From positions 32,001 through 96,000 of the forward strand of contig JAEOSK010000004.1 in the NCBI GenBank assembly GCA_016840405.1: a stretch of 64,000 nucleotides of DNA, given 5' to 3'. The position numbers and the translations under genes are program-made. The stretch is from Candidatus Hermodarchaeum yapensis. Its GTDB lineage: Archaea > Asgardarchaeota > Hermodarchaeia > Hermodarchaeales > Hermodarchaeaceae. The notes beneath the pieces were generated by a model that was not told the origin of the DNA, did no database searches, and worked only from the letters and a program-made list of their open reading frames with translations. Shown piece by piece: positions 29,275 to 39,755 of this stretch (position 1 is the stretch's first letter; each line of letters begins with the position of its first letter).

Positions 29275-30123
29275 TTAAAAATCCATTACGGGTTTAGGAA
29301 CCACGATTTCTTCTTTCGGTGCGGCTAGTTTCAAGGCTTCATTGATGATATCTAGAGCTTTTTCGCGGTTATTGGGATCGATAGCGACCATTCCGTAGGC
29401 TTTGATGCCCAGAATCCGTTGCACTAGCTGGGGAGACAAGGCGCCGGGTAGATCTTGTTTATTGGCAATAGCGAGGAGCTCTGCTGCAATGTCTTTGCGG
29501 CGGATTAGATCGATGATATCTTTACTGTTCAGGACATTTTCAAGGGTCGAGTCAGTAACGAGGAGGATAATTCGGCTGCCACGGAAGTAGAGTTCCCAGA
29601 GTTTACGGAAGCGGTCTTGTCCAGCAAAGTCCCAGGTGGAGATTTCGTAGGTGCCAATACGAGCGCCTTCGATTTTTTGGATGTCAATGGCGATGGTCGG
29701 GACATAGCTTGTGGGAGGAACGCCGCCATTTAGAAGAGTAACCAGGGTGGTTTTCCCGACGCCACCGTAGCCGATGATGCTGACTTTTAAAGTAGTGACA
29801 ACGTAGTCGTCAACCTTCGCCATGAAGTCTTCGTATTCGACCTCGTAGCTGATAACACGACGAAATTCATAAGTAACACGATCGAGCTTTTCGCGGAGGG
29901 TATCATCGTCGTCTACACTTTCTGCACAAAGTACGACCACACCGCGTCCTAGGGGTTTACCGATGTATTTGATGGGACCAATTTCCTCGATAAGGGAATC
30001 TTGGGCCTCTTGGACGCGGCCAGCGAAATCTTGCATTTCACCTTGATTGATGGTGATAATCCAGAATTTCTTCTGAACGACGATTTCGTCTCGTGCGTCA
30101 ATGATGAAAACGTGGTGTATCAT
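29275..30123 (-). CDS. Small GTPase (Arf/Ras-like) with N-terminal longin-like domain
   Basis: G1 GYGGVGKTT, G2 YVPTI, G3 WDFAGQ, G4 NKQD. The N-terminus MIHHVFIIDARDEIVVQKKF resembles longin/adaptor small-chain starts. Confidence 0.88.
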   Translation of the reverse strand: MIHHVFIIDARDEIVVQKKFWIITINQGEMQDFAGRVQEAQDSLIEEIGPIKYIGKPLGRGVVVLCAESVDDDDTLREKLDRVTYEFRRVISYEVEYEDFMAKVDDYVVTTLKVSIIGYGGVGKTTLVTLLNGGVPPTSYVPTIAIDIQKIEGARIGTYEISTWDFAGQDRFRKLWELYFRGSRIILLVTDSTLENVLNSKDIIDLIRRKDIAAELLAIANKQDLPGALSPQLVQRILGIKAYGMVAIDPNNREKALDIINEALKLAAPKEEIVVPKPVMDF

Positions 30124-30264
30124 CCAGTATCCCCTGGTGAGAGCATCCGCTATTGTCTTTTGTGTATTTCGGGTAAAGCTATTTCAACTTTCCGCACCAA
30201 AACGGAGAAGGAAGGTTTATGTTTACTTTTGCATAAGGTTCATATGGTCGACAATTAAAGCTCT

Positions 30265-31035
30265 GTGGAGTCGATTTCGGTGGAAGTTACAATTCTAGGC
30301 AGTGGCGCATCGCTACTTTCTCCAGACCGTGTTTTATCTGGCTTAATGATTGAAATTGCTGGTGAACCACTTATTTTTGATATGGGTGCCGGCGTGTTAC
30401 ATCGTTTGTCGTGCAGTTTAGTTGAGTTAACACGGATTGAGCATTTGTTCATCAGTCATCTGCACGTGGATCATTGTTCAGACATTGTGGCGCTAGTCCA
30501 AAGCTTATGGTTGATGGGTTATGATAAGACGCTCAATGTGTATGGACCAAAGGATATCCTGAAGATGGGAGAAGCGATTGGTGAGGTGTTTCCCTATCTA
30601 ATTGGAAAAATCAAGATAAAATCTCACACCATTTCTCCTGAGTTTCAGGTAAAGTCAAAGAACTGGACAGTCAAGGCGTTTCCAGTGAATCATGGCGACT
30701 TTGAAGCCTATGGCTACCACCTCGAAGCCGAGGGAAAGCGAATTGTTTATTCAGGTGACACTGCACCAAGCGAAAACTTGGTGAAGGCCGCTAAGGACGC
30801 GGATCTTCTGATTCATGAATGTTCCCTTCCGGACCGTATGAAAGGTATGGCTCCAAATCATTCCACACCTGGTGAAGTCGGGAAGGTGGCGGCGGAGGCG
30901 GATGTCAAAACCTTGGTGATTACCCATTTGTATCCTGAGCTGATAGAAGAACTCGGTGATGCCCTCCGTAGTATTCGAGCGACTTTTTCTGGGAAAATCA
31001 TCGTCCCACGTGATACTCAAATCATTACCTTATAA
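30265..31035 (+). CDS. MBL-fold metallo-hydrolase (RNase Z/BN-like)
   Basis: SHLHVDH, YSGDT, LIHEC, NHST and ITHLYP. Confidence 0.9.
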   Translation: MESISVEVTILGSGASLLSPDRVLSGLMIEIAGEPLIFDMGAGVLHRLSCSLVELTRIEHLFISHLHVDHCSDIVALVQSLWLMGYDKTLNVYGPKDILKMGEAIGEVFPYLIGKIKIKSHTISPEFQVKSKNWTVKAFPVNHGDFEAYGYHLEAEGKRIVYSGDTAPSENLVKAAKDADLLIHECSLPDRMKGMAPNHSTPGEVGKVAAEADVKTLVITHLYPELIEELGDALRSIRATFSGKIIVPRDTQIITL

Positions 31036-31083
31036 TGTTGGACCGAAACATCTTTGAACGGCTAATGATTTTTGGTGGGTTTT

Positions 31084-31557
31084 ATGAACAAGCGAGATTT
31101 CCAAGATATGCTAAACCGGGCTGTTCCTATCGAACAATATATGCGTGAGTGTTCAGCAGATTGTAAATCGAAATACGAGGCCTGTCGAGCGGATTATACA
31201 CTGAAACCTGACATACTCGAATCGATCAAGGCATTTGATAACCAGTTTATTGTTGTAACTATTAGTGCTGATTGGTGTAAAGATTGCATAGCCAATGTAC
31301 CAGTGCTTGATTTGGTTCACGAGGCGACAGGCCTTCCTGTGTATATCTTGGGTGGTGTGAAAACAGACCCCTTGAACCCCGATCGACAATGGGCAGTTCC
31401 ACCAAGTCCTCCCGAAGTAAATACGCTAAACATCAAAGCGATTCCAACGATTCTCATTTATGCAAAGAATGGAAAAGAAATAGGTCGAATCATTGAGAAC
31501 CCATCGATAAAACCCACACTGGAAGAAGAACTCCTTTACTTCTTGGAAAAAGCGTAA
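31084..31557 (+). CDS. Thioredoxin-fold protein
   Basis: WCKDC active site and cis-Pro motif AIPT. Confidence 0.85.
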   Translation: MNKRDFQDMLNRAVPIEQYMRECSADCKSKYEACRADYTLKPDILESIKAFDNQFIVVTISADWCKDCIANVPVLDLVHEATGLPVYILGGVKTDPLNPDRQWAVPPSPPEVNTLNIKAIPTILIYAKNGKEIGRIIENPSIKPTLEEELLYFLEKA

Positions 31558-31584
31558 TTGTGTACTCACTGTATTGTGATTGCT

Positions 31585-31938
31585 TCATAATTTTTCTTCG
31601 TCAATTTCTGGTCGATGTGGAGTAGGACCAGAACCTTCGAAGTGGATAAGCCCTTTCCCCCCACCACCATGGCCTCCAATAAAATGAGCCCGGCGATCAG
31701 CATCTCTTTTTCTTCTTTCCAAATCTTTAGGGCGTTTATCGGGGGGGATAAGGAATAGGAGGAGGAATAGACCAAGGAGCGCCCCATAAAAAGCTGCAAA
31801 GAAAAGATTCGTTATTAGCAGGAAAAAGAAAATTGAAACTAGCGCAATTAGGAGTGATGCCACACAATATCGACGTCTTTTTTGATTTTGGGTGAGTTTT
31901 GGCTTTTGTGGATTGGTCGTGCTTGAAACCCCAATCAC
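31585..31938 (-). CDS. Small membrane protein (2 TM)
   Basis: Two hydrophobic helices followed by a charged, Gly-rich tail. Confidence 0.55.
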   Translation of the reverse strand: MIGVSSTTNPQKPKLTQNQKRRRYCVASLLIALVSIFFFLLITNLFFAAFYGALLGLFLLLFLIPPDKRPKDLERRKRDADRRAHFIGGHGGGGKGLIHFEGSGPTPHRPEIDEEKL

Positions 31939-32055
31939 CTCATGTTCACTAGGAAAATTGGGAGTTATATAGTTATTTCGAGAGTAGACACTTATCGTTT
32001 CGTCCTTCCTAAAGCCTTTAAGTTAAGTGAAGAATCTTCGGGGTGGGAGCGAACA

Positions 32056-34716
32056 TTGTCTTTCCGGATTTGTCCTCGTTGTTCAGGATTTGTGGAAGTG
32101 CGACCGCTGGGTAAGCATTTCCAGATTCGGTGTTCGCAATGTGGAGCCAGTTACAAAACTAAACCTGGCGAGGTAGGTGATCCTGTTGCAGCATATCTGC
32201 GTTTCATGGACGTTATGGAGAGTGGTGAGCCAGCTCAGAGAGCTGATGTGAAGTCCAGACGACCTCCCTCACGATATGACCGAGAACCGAAACGTCGACC
32301 GCGGTCTAAGGAAGAGTGGAAGAAAGTGTTGAAACAAGCGGGAGTTGAATCGGTTGAACAGCTCCCGGAGGTTGTACAGCGTATTCTTAGTGATTCTGCG
32401 TTTCATTTAGTAAAATATCGCCAATTTCCTGAAACTGCACCTGAATCCGGTTGTCAGGTCAAGGATGCTCCATTGAATGACCGATTGAAAGCGGTCCTCG
32501 AACAACAGGGCGTTACTCAGTTGTTCAAGTTTCAGGAGGAAGCTTTACAGCATATTCTTGCAGGGCGGGATGTTGTCATTTCAGCTCCTACAGCGACGGG
32601 GAAGACCGAGGCATTTGCCCTGCCCATTATCGAGCAGATTTTAGCCCGACAGAAGGGTTGGGGGCCATTACGAGCGGCAGAAAAACGGGCAGTACAAGCC
32701 GTGTTCATCTATCCTACAAAAGCATTAGCCCGTGATCAAGCTGGAAAACTTGCCACTCTAACTTCCAGCGTCGGATTGGATGTAGCCGTGCTAGATGGTG
32801 ACACACCCAAATCTGAGCGGGGTGCAATTTACCGGCAGCCTCCTGATATTCTCATCACAAACCCGGATATGTTACATGTTCACCTAATACGCCCTCGAGA
32901 CCCTATTCGGCGACTGATTCGAACGGCCCAACATGTGGTGTTAGATGAGTTGCATGTGTACGTGGGAGCCTTCGGATCGAATGTGCATTTTCTTTTACGT
33001 AGGTTACAGCGGATTTGTCCCCCGCTCCAATTGATTGGGGCATCGGCGACAATTGCCAATGCACAAGAGTTTGCTGAGCTCCTCTTTGGAAGGTCTGTGG
33101 TTGCGATTCATTGTGCCACGGGGAAGAAAGGGATTATTCATTTTATGATGTTATATCCTGAGCGGGTAAGCCAAAGCACAATGATTGCTAGCGTGGCTCA
33201 AGAACTGGTTCGAAGCGATATGAAAACGCTAGTGTTTGCAAATACCCACAAGAACGCTGAAGTCATTAATCTGATTGCGCGACGGACACGGATGTCTAGT
33301 GCTGTACATCGGGCCGGGTTACCAATGTCATATCGTCGGAAAGTGGAAGATGATTTCAGGCGAGGCGAATTGGACTTGCTTGTTTCGACCCCAACTTTGG
33401 AGCTAGGGATTGATATTGGTGACCTGGAAGGTGTTGTGTCGATGTTGGTGGGGATTACTCGCCTGACTCAGCGGATTGGTCGCGCTGGGCGAAAAGGTCA
33501 GGATAGTATTGCTGTGTTAGCTCTCCGAGCGAATGATGCCATCAGCACGTATTATCGCGAACACCCAGATGACTATTTCACAGATATTGATCCTGCCTAT
33601 GTTGAACCCCATAACGAGGTTGTGGCGCATCATCAACTGATAGCAGCAGCCTTGGATATGCCATTAGTTCAGGATGAATTTGCTGAGTTTGAACCAGTCA
33701 TAGAACAATTACTCAAAGAAGGGTTGTTTTCCGAATCACGTGGGAAACTGCGACCGAATATTATTGCAACACGTCGGATACTCGCGCGGTATTCCATTCG
33801 AGGGATTGGTGATACCGTTCAAATCGTTCACAAGGGGAAAATTATTGGTGAGCGCCAGATGCCCATGGCGATGGGTGAACTACACCCTGGTGCTTTCTAT
33901 CTGCATGGAGGAACAACCTATGAATCACTGGAATTCGAGTATCGCCATGGCGTGGGGAGAGCCGTTGTGGAGCGCCTTCCTGTAGGTCACCGTGAGATGA
34001 CCCAGCCACTCCGTCATGTTGATCCGGAGGTCATCCGAGTATTAAACACACGTCAAGTGTACGGTATCACTGTCCATTATGCTGACCTACGTATGACAGA
34101 AGTTGTAACAGGGTATGCGATAAGAGACATCTATACCGATAAGATACTCAAGATTGAGAGTTTAGATCAACCCTTGGAATTCACCTATCCCACGAAAGGC
34201 TTCTTTTTTACTGCCCCTCATCCCGTGAAAGCCATCACAGCGACGTTGGCAAGCAAACAAATCAAATCTAAACCCGAACGAGTTCTAAAAGGAGCTGATG
34301 AGGACGAAGAGATTACAGAAGAAGACCTTCTGATTGGAGGATTCCACGCGTTGGAGCACACTCTGATTGAAAGTAGTGACATGTTAACAGGTGGCGGAAG
34401 CCATGGGATTGGTGGTGTATCCATGGGTTCGACGGGACTCATTTTCATATATGATGGGAGTCCTGGCGGGAGCGGATTATCCAAATTGCTTTATGATCGT
34501 CTGGAAGAAGCGTTCCGCCGGGTCACAGTTATCATTAAGGAGTGTACTTGCGAGGATTTGGATGGATGTCCTGCATGCACCTACTCGTATCGGTGTGGGA
34601 ACAACAACTGGCCCCTCTTCAAAGATGGTGCATTTGAGGCGGCAGATTTAGCTTTGAAAGGTGTAAAGGTGAACACCGCAGTAAGTCCTGAACTCACAGA
34701 AGAACCACTAGTTTAG
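32056..34716 (+). CDS. Hrq1/SftH/MrfA-type SF2 helicase with C-terminal DUF1998 Zn domain and N-terminal Zn ribbon
   Basis: TATGKT, YPTKALARDQ, TNPDML, DELH, SAT, LELGIDIG, QRIGRAGR and C-terminal CTC...GCPAC...C. The start is uncertain (the frame opens at 31942). Confidence 0.92.
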   Translation: MSFRICPRCSGFVEVRPLGKHFQIRCSQCGASYKTKPGEVGDPVAAYLRFMDVMESGEPAQRADVKSRRPPSRYDREPKRRPRSKEEWKKVLKQAGVESVEQLPEVVQRILSDSAFHLVKYRQFPETAPESGCQVKDAPLNDRLKAVLEQQGVTQLFKFQEEALQHILAGRDVVISAPTATGKTEAFALPIIEQILARQKGWGPLRAAEKRAVQAVFIYPTKALARDQAGKLATLTSSVGLDVAVLDGDTPKSERGAIYRQPPDILITNPDMLHVHLIRPRDPIRRLIRTAQHVVLDELHVYVGAFGSNVHFLLRRLQRICPPLQLIGASATIANAQEFAELLFGRSVVAIHCATGKKGIIHFMMLYPERVSQSTMIASVAQELVRSDMKTLVFANTHKNAEVINLIARRTRMSSAVHRAGLPMSYRRKVEDDFRRGELDLLVSTPTLELGIDIGDLEGVVSMLVGITRLTQRIGRAGRKGQDSIAVLALRANDAISTYYREHPDDYFTDIDPAYVEPHNEVVAHHQLIAAALDMPLVQDEFAEFEPVIEQLLKEGLFSESRGKLRPNIIATRRILARYSIRGIGDTVQIVHKGKIIGERQMPMAMGELHPGAFYLHGGTTYESLEFEYRHGVGRAVVERLPVGHREMTQPLRHVDPEVIRVLNTRQVYGITVHYADLRMTEVVTGYAIRDIYTDKILKIESLDQPLEFTYPTKGFFFTAPHPVKAITATLASKQIKSKPERVLKGADEDEEITEEDLLIGGFHALEHTLIESSDMLTGGGSHGIGGVSMGSTGLIFIYDGSPGGSGLSKLLYDRLEEAFRRVTVIIKECTCEDLDGCPACTYSYRCGNNNWPLFKDGAFEAADLALKGVKVNTAVSPELTEEPLV

Positions 34717-34732
34717 TACGTCCTTTTTGTCA

Positions 34733-35980
34733 TTAGAAATCTGGAGTAAGTTGGGCTCGTATTTTCGGAAAAAGCACTCTCACAAGTTGTAACTTCACCG
34801 ATTGGGCTCCTGCATCGGGGTATATTTGGTATAATTCGTCAATAGTTTTGTAACCCATGAGCAGCTGATAGATCACAGGAAAAGGCACTGCCACATGCAT
34901 GTCCTTAATTTCTTCACGTTTTATATAAGTGATTTTCTTAATCTTCCCATTTTTGAAGACTAATTCAATTCCTGCGCGGAACCAGTTGATGCGCAACGAA
35001 TCGGACAATTGGGTAAAATCGGAGTGGGCTAACCGGTTTTCAAGAACGGGTGTAATTGTTTCCATGAAGTGCTTCACTGATGGAATTCGTACGTACCAGG
35101 CATAAGGTCTCGTAAATTTTGACTGGCTTAAGCCCTCAAGAACAGGTTGAATGGCGGGTCGTGATGGGAGATATATTCGGATGGGCAATTTGCGACGTCT
35201 TGCAATGGTTTTCATGTAGCGAAGTATTGATGGGATGTGTGTAAGATCCTTTACCCAGAGTTCATGCATTTCAAGAAAGCCCCAGCCGATTGACAGGATA
35301 AAGGATCCTACGGTCTTAGTGTTGCGTTTTACGACATAGAATCGGTAAACGGAATCATCTCCAAATTTACCATGGGTGAGGTAGGGATATTCTGCTGGTG
35401 TGATAATCCGATAGAAATCGAGATACGAATTCCGGTGTTTTCGTGCAGTGAGATATTCATCAAAGGTTTGCTCTGTAATCTCTTCAATGGTGACAGGTTC
35501 TTTCTCATTCTTTTTGAGGCGAGGAATTAGTTCATTGGGTATGGTTAGGGTTCCATCAAAGTTTATGGCGAATTCGTAGCCGAGGGTTCGGTAGAAGAAG
35601 GGAATTCCAATAATTACGAGTAATGGGAGTTTGTATTCGGCTACCCGTTGTTCAAAGAGGTCATTGAGTTTGCGAATTAATCCTCGGTGACGATATTCAG
35701 GGAGGGTGGCAACGATTTCCATGTGCCCAACGGGAAATTGTGTGCCATTGAGAATACAGGTTGTTCGTGAAAGGCAAAAGTAAGAAACGACCTTCTGTTT
35801 TGTTGTATCCATTATTAGGAAGTGATCAGAAGGTGGGGAATCGTGGTGATAATTAAACAGGCGGTCAATCATTGAGCTGACTTCTTTTCCAAAAACGACC
35901 TTCACTACTCTCTCAATCGCCTTCTCATCAGCAGTGGTTGCGGTTCGCATGATAAGACTTTCGCCTAGATCGACTTGCAT
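34733..35980 (-). CDS. Eis-like GNAT acetyltransferase
   Basis: VATLPEYRHRGL and GIPFFYRTLGYE, with an SCP2-like C-terminal region. Confidence 0.85.
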   Translation of the reverse strand: MQVDLGESLIMRTATTADEKAIERVVKVVFGKEVSSMIDRLFNYHHDSPPSDHFLIMDTTKQKVVSYFCLSRTTCILNGTQFPVGHMEIVATLPEYRHRGLIRKLNDLFEQRVAEYKLPLLVIIGIPFFYRTLGYEFAINFDGTLTIPNELIPRLKKNEKEPVTIEEITEQTFDEYLTARKHRNSYLDFYRIITPAEYPYLTHGKFGDDSVYRFYVVKRNTKTVGSFILSIGWGFLEMHELWVKDLTHIPSILRYMKTIARRRKLPIRIYLPSRPAIQPVLEGLSQSKFTRPYAWYVRIPSVKHFMETITPVLENRLAHSDFTQLSDSLRINWFRAGIELVFKNGKIKKITYIKREEIKDMHVAVPFPVIYQLLMGYKTIDELYQIYPDAGAQSVKLQLVRVLFPKIRAQLTPDF

Positions 35981-36156
35981 AGTGGAATCCCTTCGATATT
36001 GGTGGGTGTTCGAAGTGCCGCTTCCTCAAATGCTTATTGGTGCCTTTTTGTGATATCATGGTGAGTGAAGTGCATCAGAGAACCCAACACTTTAAGACGA
36101 CCAGTTCCCTCACTCTACGTGTTGTCGCCTAAAGATGGAAGAAGGCTGAGATTGCT

Positions 36157-36408
36157 GTGGCGCGATTTAAGTATTATACCATTTACCGCTGCAAGCATTG
36201 TGGCGAACGCATTCGTGTCCATGGCAAACTCGCGTCGAAACTTGTTTTGCCTTCCGGTGTTCAGATGTGTTGTACTCGTCCACGATTAGTTCGAGAACGG
36301 CAAGTTTTAATTTCAGACTATGAATCGGATAAACACACTAAAGGGAAAGAAGAGCCTCGAGCCGAAAAAGTGACACAGAAGAGCTTGTCTGAGTATTCAA
36401 AGAAATAA
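36157..36408 (+). CDS. Small Zn-ribbon protein with C-terminal PIP-like motif
   Basis: CKHC...CC ligands and terminal QKSLSEY; basic composition. Confidence 0.6.
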   Translation: MARFKYYTIYRCKHCGERIRVHGKLASKLVLPSGVQMCCTRPRLVRERQVLISDYESDKHTKGKEEPRAEKVTQKSLSEYSKK

Positions 36409-36426
36409 TCGTTCTCTTTTTTCAGT

Positions 36427-37371
36427 TTAGAGAATCGTATAGCGTGGATGATTCCGTGTTTTGGGAGTGGGAGCTGGGTAGGAACCCTCGGCAGAGGTGT
36501 AGGCAAGGAGGGCATCAGTGACTGCGGTTGCCGTGAAGAAGCGGGGGGCGCGGCGGAGTGGTCCAGCGAGAATGAAGTTGGCTCCATGACATTGAAGATA
36601 AGTGCAAAGGGCTGGAGAAAGGTATCGTTTTGCGGCTGGCGAGATGAGTTTCGCGCGACGCCATATGGCAACACTATTCGCTGATCCAGCACCAACAGGA
36701 TAACCCAATTCAGCTTTGACAAATTGCATTGCAGACGCAGCAATACTGAGACCCGCAAGATCGAGCGCAACAGTATCGATGAGCAATTTTGTGAGTTTAG
36801 CTTTTTTGGCTTTTGTTAGCAAACCTTCTTCATCTGAAGAACCCTTTAATGCGTCTAATCGCCCTTCAGGGCGAATATCGAGTGGATTATGAGCGAGGAC
36901 AATTGCAGCTTGGATTTTTGCGCTTCGAAGTGCTTCGAGTTCTTCGTTAGAAGTATGATGACTAATAGCATCATAGATAGCGAGATTCGTTCGACCAGTC
37001 TGTTCAACGTAAGAAACCCCTGCGAATCGTGCTTCCTGTGAACTACTATCAATGAGGAAAGGAATTGTTTCAGCAACTTCCGTGAGATAGGGTAGGTAGT
37101 TGTTCATCGCCTCTGGTGTTTCTGCAAGGACATCGAGGATTAGAGGATTGCCAGTTGTTTGACTGAGTTTGATGGCTCGGTCAATGTATCGTCTGGCTTT
37201 TTTCTTATCAAAGCGACCAACGCGATGATCTGTGACTAGACGATCACCGCGATGGAAAATGGATAGCATCAGAGTTGTGGGATATTCTCCGCGACGACCG
37301 CCTAGGATAACGTCACCAATCTGAACGGTCTTGGGATCAACAGGGGAGGATTGCTGGATCATTGAGTTCAT
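36427..37371 (-). CDS. mtrH: Tetrahydromethanopterin S-methyltransferase subunit H family protein
   Basis: IGDVILGGRRGEYPT...SIFHRG, FDKKKA, TGNP, PFLIDSS, GYPVGAGSAN and GANFILAGP. Confidence 0.85.
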   Translation of the reverse strand: MNSMIQQSSPVDPKTVQIGDVILGGRRGEYPTTLMLSIFHRGDRLVTDHRVGRFDKKKARRYIDRAIKLSQTTGNPLILDVLAETPEAMNNYLPYLTEVAETIPFLIDSSSQEARFAGVSYVEQTGRTNLAIYDAISHHTSNEELEALRSAKIQAAIVLAHNPLDIRPEGRLDALKGSSDEEGLLTKAKKAKLTKLLIDTVALDLAGLSIAASAMQFVKAELGYPVGAGSANSVAIWRRAKLISPAAKRYLSPALCTYLQCHGANFILAGPLRRAPRFFTATAVTDALLAYTSAEGSYPAPTPKTRNHPRYTIL

Positions 37372-37503
37372 CTCATTAGGTGAATTTTCCTATTTCCTAG
37401 AAGGGGGTTGAATGGCATTTTAAGTTCTACTTCAACGGATATTACCGAACACGCGAATGCTTTTTAGGAACCTTCACGCCCAGCATGGTCTTCATAGAAT
37501 GCG

Positions 37504-38847
37504 GTGAAGCCTATTTTAAAACCAACTCCCACTAATGAAAGCTTTGAATCAAGACCTTACTTAGGTCAAATCCTTCTCTTGGCAGCCGCACAAGCAATTC
37601 TAATGTTGGGCTATGGAGCCGTCCTGCCCATCTTACCCTATTATCTCATTGAATTTGGGGCAGGCGCTTTTGAATACGGACTGCTTGTTGCTACCTTTTC
37701 GATTTTCGCCTTCATTGCTGCCGGTCCATTGGGAACTCTTTCTGATCGAATTGGACGGAAACCCGTCATCATGATTTCCCTCGCCGGTGCAGGCCTCTCA
37801 CTGGTCGTGTTTAGTCTGTCGAATTCTCTCATTTTACTTTTCATTACTCGAGCAGCCGAGGGTTTTTTTACTGCAGGGTTATGGCCTTCGGGCGATGCCT
37901 TGGTCTCTGATATTGTGCCTCCCAAGAAACGCGGAAGCGCTTGGGGGAACCTTTTGGCCGGTCGGACTACGGGAATGATTTTTGGACCCACCATCGGAGG
38001 CATCCTTGCGTTTTATCTCGGCGTTCGAATTCCGTTCATGATTTGTGCAGCCCTTGCCTTCGTTGCCCTGCTTCTGAGTGGTCTTTTCATCCGCGAACCA
38101 CCACGTACTCGGTCCAAAGAAGATCTTCTCCACGATCAGATCAGTCAACCGTGGTGGGATAGATTCTATCTAGCTCTCAAAGCCTATTGGAATGTGCTGC
38201 TAACTGGTGGGCTGCTGCTTGTGGTTGCTATGATTGTGAGGTTCACCCGTATCCTTTCGATTGCCACGGTAGAACCCATGTTTGCCATTTACACAACTGA
38301 TCCGCGAACTTTCGGATTAACACCCTTAGAGTTAGGTCTATTTTTCTTCTGCTTTGCAATCACTAATGCAATTTCTCAATTAGTGTTCGGACGACTTGCC
38401 GATCGAATAGGACATGGTAGCCCGATGGTTCTTTCCGGCTTTGTGACAGCATTTGGGTTGTTTCTTGCCATTATTGCCACATCAACACTTCAATTCTATC
38501 TCGTCGCAGTTTTCTTGGGATTGGGTGGTGCGATGGCATTACCCTCTACGGTAGCTGTTGCAGCGGAGGCTGCTCCTCCAACTGAACGAGGACGGGTTAT
38601 GGGATTATTATCCATGTCTGGAAGCTTAGGACGAGCGACGGGACCGATTGTTGGAGGTTTCTTGTATGCTAGTATTCTCGCCTTGACTGATAATCCCTAT
38701 CTTGCCGCATTGCCACCCGTAACAATTGCTTTGATTGTTGGGATTCTTGGAAGTTTTGCTGCAATTCCGTTATTCCTTAGAGTCCGGAGAACTGCGATGA
38801 ATAAAAACACTGGAGAGGAAAAGCCTTTGAAGACCGATGAGGGCTAG
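37504..38847 (+). CDS. MFS transporter (TetA/DHA1-like)
   Basis: GTLSDRIGRKP motif A; about 12 TM. Confidence 0.92.
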   Translation: MKPILKPTPTNESFESRPYLGQILLLAAAQAILMLGYGAVLPILPYYLIEFGAGAFEYGLLVATFSIFAFIAAGPLGTLSDRIGRKPVIMISLAGAGLSLVVFSLSNSLILLFITRAAEGFFTAGLWPSGDALVSDIVPPKKRGSAWGNLLAGRTTGMIFGPTIGGILAFYLGVRIPFMICAALAFVALLLSGLFIREPPRTRSKEDLLHDQISQPWWDRFYLALKAYWNVLLTGGLLLVVAMIVRFTRILSIATVEPMFAIYTTDPRTFGLTPLELGLFFFCFAITNAISQLVFGRLADRIGHGSPMVLSGFVTAFGLFLAIIATSTLQFYLVAVFLGLGGAMALPSTVAVAAEAAPPTERGRVMGLLSMSGSLGRATGPIVGGFLYASILALTDNPYLAALPPVTIALIVGILGSFAAIPLFLRVRRTAMNKNTGEEKPLKTDEG

Positions 38848-39682
38848 TCCTAGCTTGATACTGATGACATCACAAGTTCTCCCCCATGTCAAGAAACCTG
38901 CAACGATTCTTATTGTGGAAGCACATCCTGACGATGCTGCAATTTTTGCTGGTGGAACTTTGGTTAGGCTAGCTGAGGAGGGGCACACCCTAGTTAATCT
39001 GTGTTCGACGTATGGTGAAAAGGGCACTTTAGACCGTTCAATGACTCGTGAAAAAATGATTGATATTCAAAAAAGTGAATCCCTACGAGCAGCGGATGTG
39101 ATAGGGATTAGCGAGGTTATCTTCCTAGGAATTCCGGATGGTGAGCTACAACCGGAGCTAGAACTGCGTCAGCAGTATACAGAAATCATCCGTCGCGTCC
39201 AACCGGATTTTGTATTTAGTTTTGACCCGCATATTCCCTATGATCCCCATCCTGACCATCAAGCAACGAGCCGAACAATCTATGAAGCCTGTTTGAATTG
39301 CCACTTACCATTGGTGTTTCCTGATCAGCTTGCAGATGGACTAAAACCACATTATGTGAATCGATTCTTTGGTTGGGAGTCTTCGAACCCGAACACCTAT
39401 GTTGACATTACTGCGTCCTTAGAGACGAAACTACGAGCCTTAGAAAAATATGAGAGCCAAATGCAAATGATACTCGATGAAACGCGGAATCGCTCTTCAC
39501 GTGCAGGAATTGATGTTCCGATAAGTAGAGAAACAACATCGAAAGAATTCATTCGCGAGTGGATTACGACGGAAGCACAAAGAATTGGCAAACATGCCAA
39601 TTGCCAACATGCAGAAGCATTCAATAGCATCGGGTTTAGTGCCGTTAGAATTATTGTAGAACAATTAGAAACCGAAGAGTAG
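38837..39682 (+). CDS. PIG-L/LmbE family deacetylase
   Basis: AHPDD and HPDH metal motifs. Confidence 0.92.
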   Translation: MRASPSLILMTSQVLPHVKKPATILIVEAHPDDAAIFAGGTLVRLAEEGHTLVNLCSTYGEKGTLDRSMTREKMIDIQKSESLRAADVIGISEVIFLGIPDGELQPELELRQQYTEIIRRVQPDFVFSFDPHIPYDPHPDHQATSRTIYEACLNCHLPLVFPDQLADGLKPHYVNRFFGWESSNPNTYVDITASLETKLRALEKYESQMQMILDETRNRSSRAGIDVPISRETTSKEFIREWITTEAQRIGKHANCQHAEAFNSIGFSAVRIIVEQLETEE

Positions 39683-39755
39683 TGAAGGTCTGTATTCCCG
39701 GAAAATGCTAAGCCTTTTAGGTAACTTCATTTCCGGAAGTGACCGGTGATTACCC

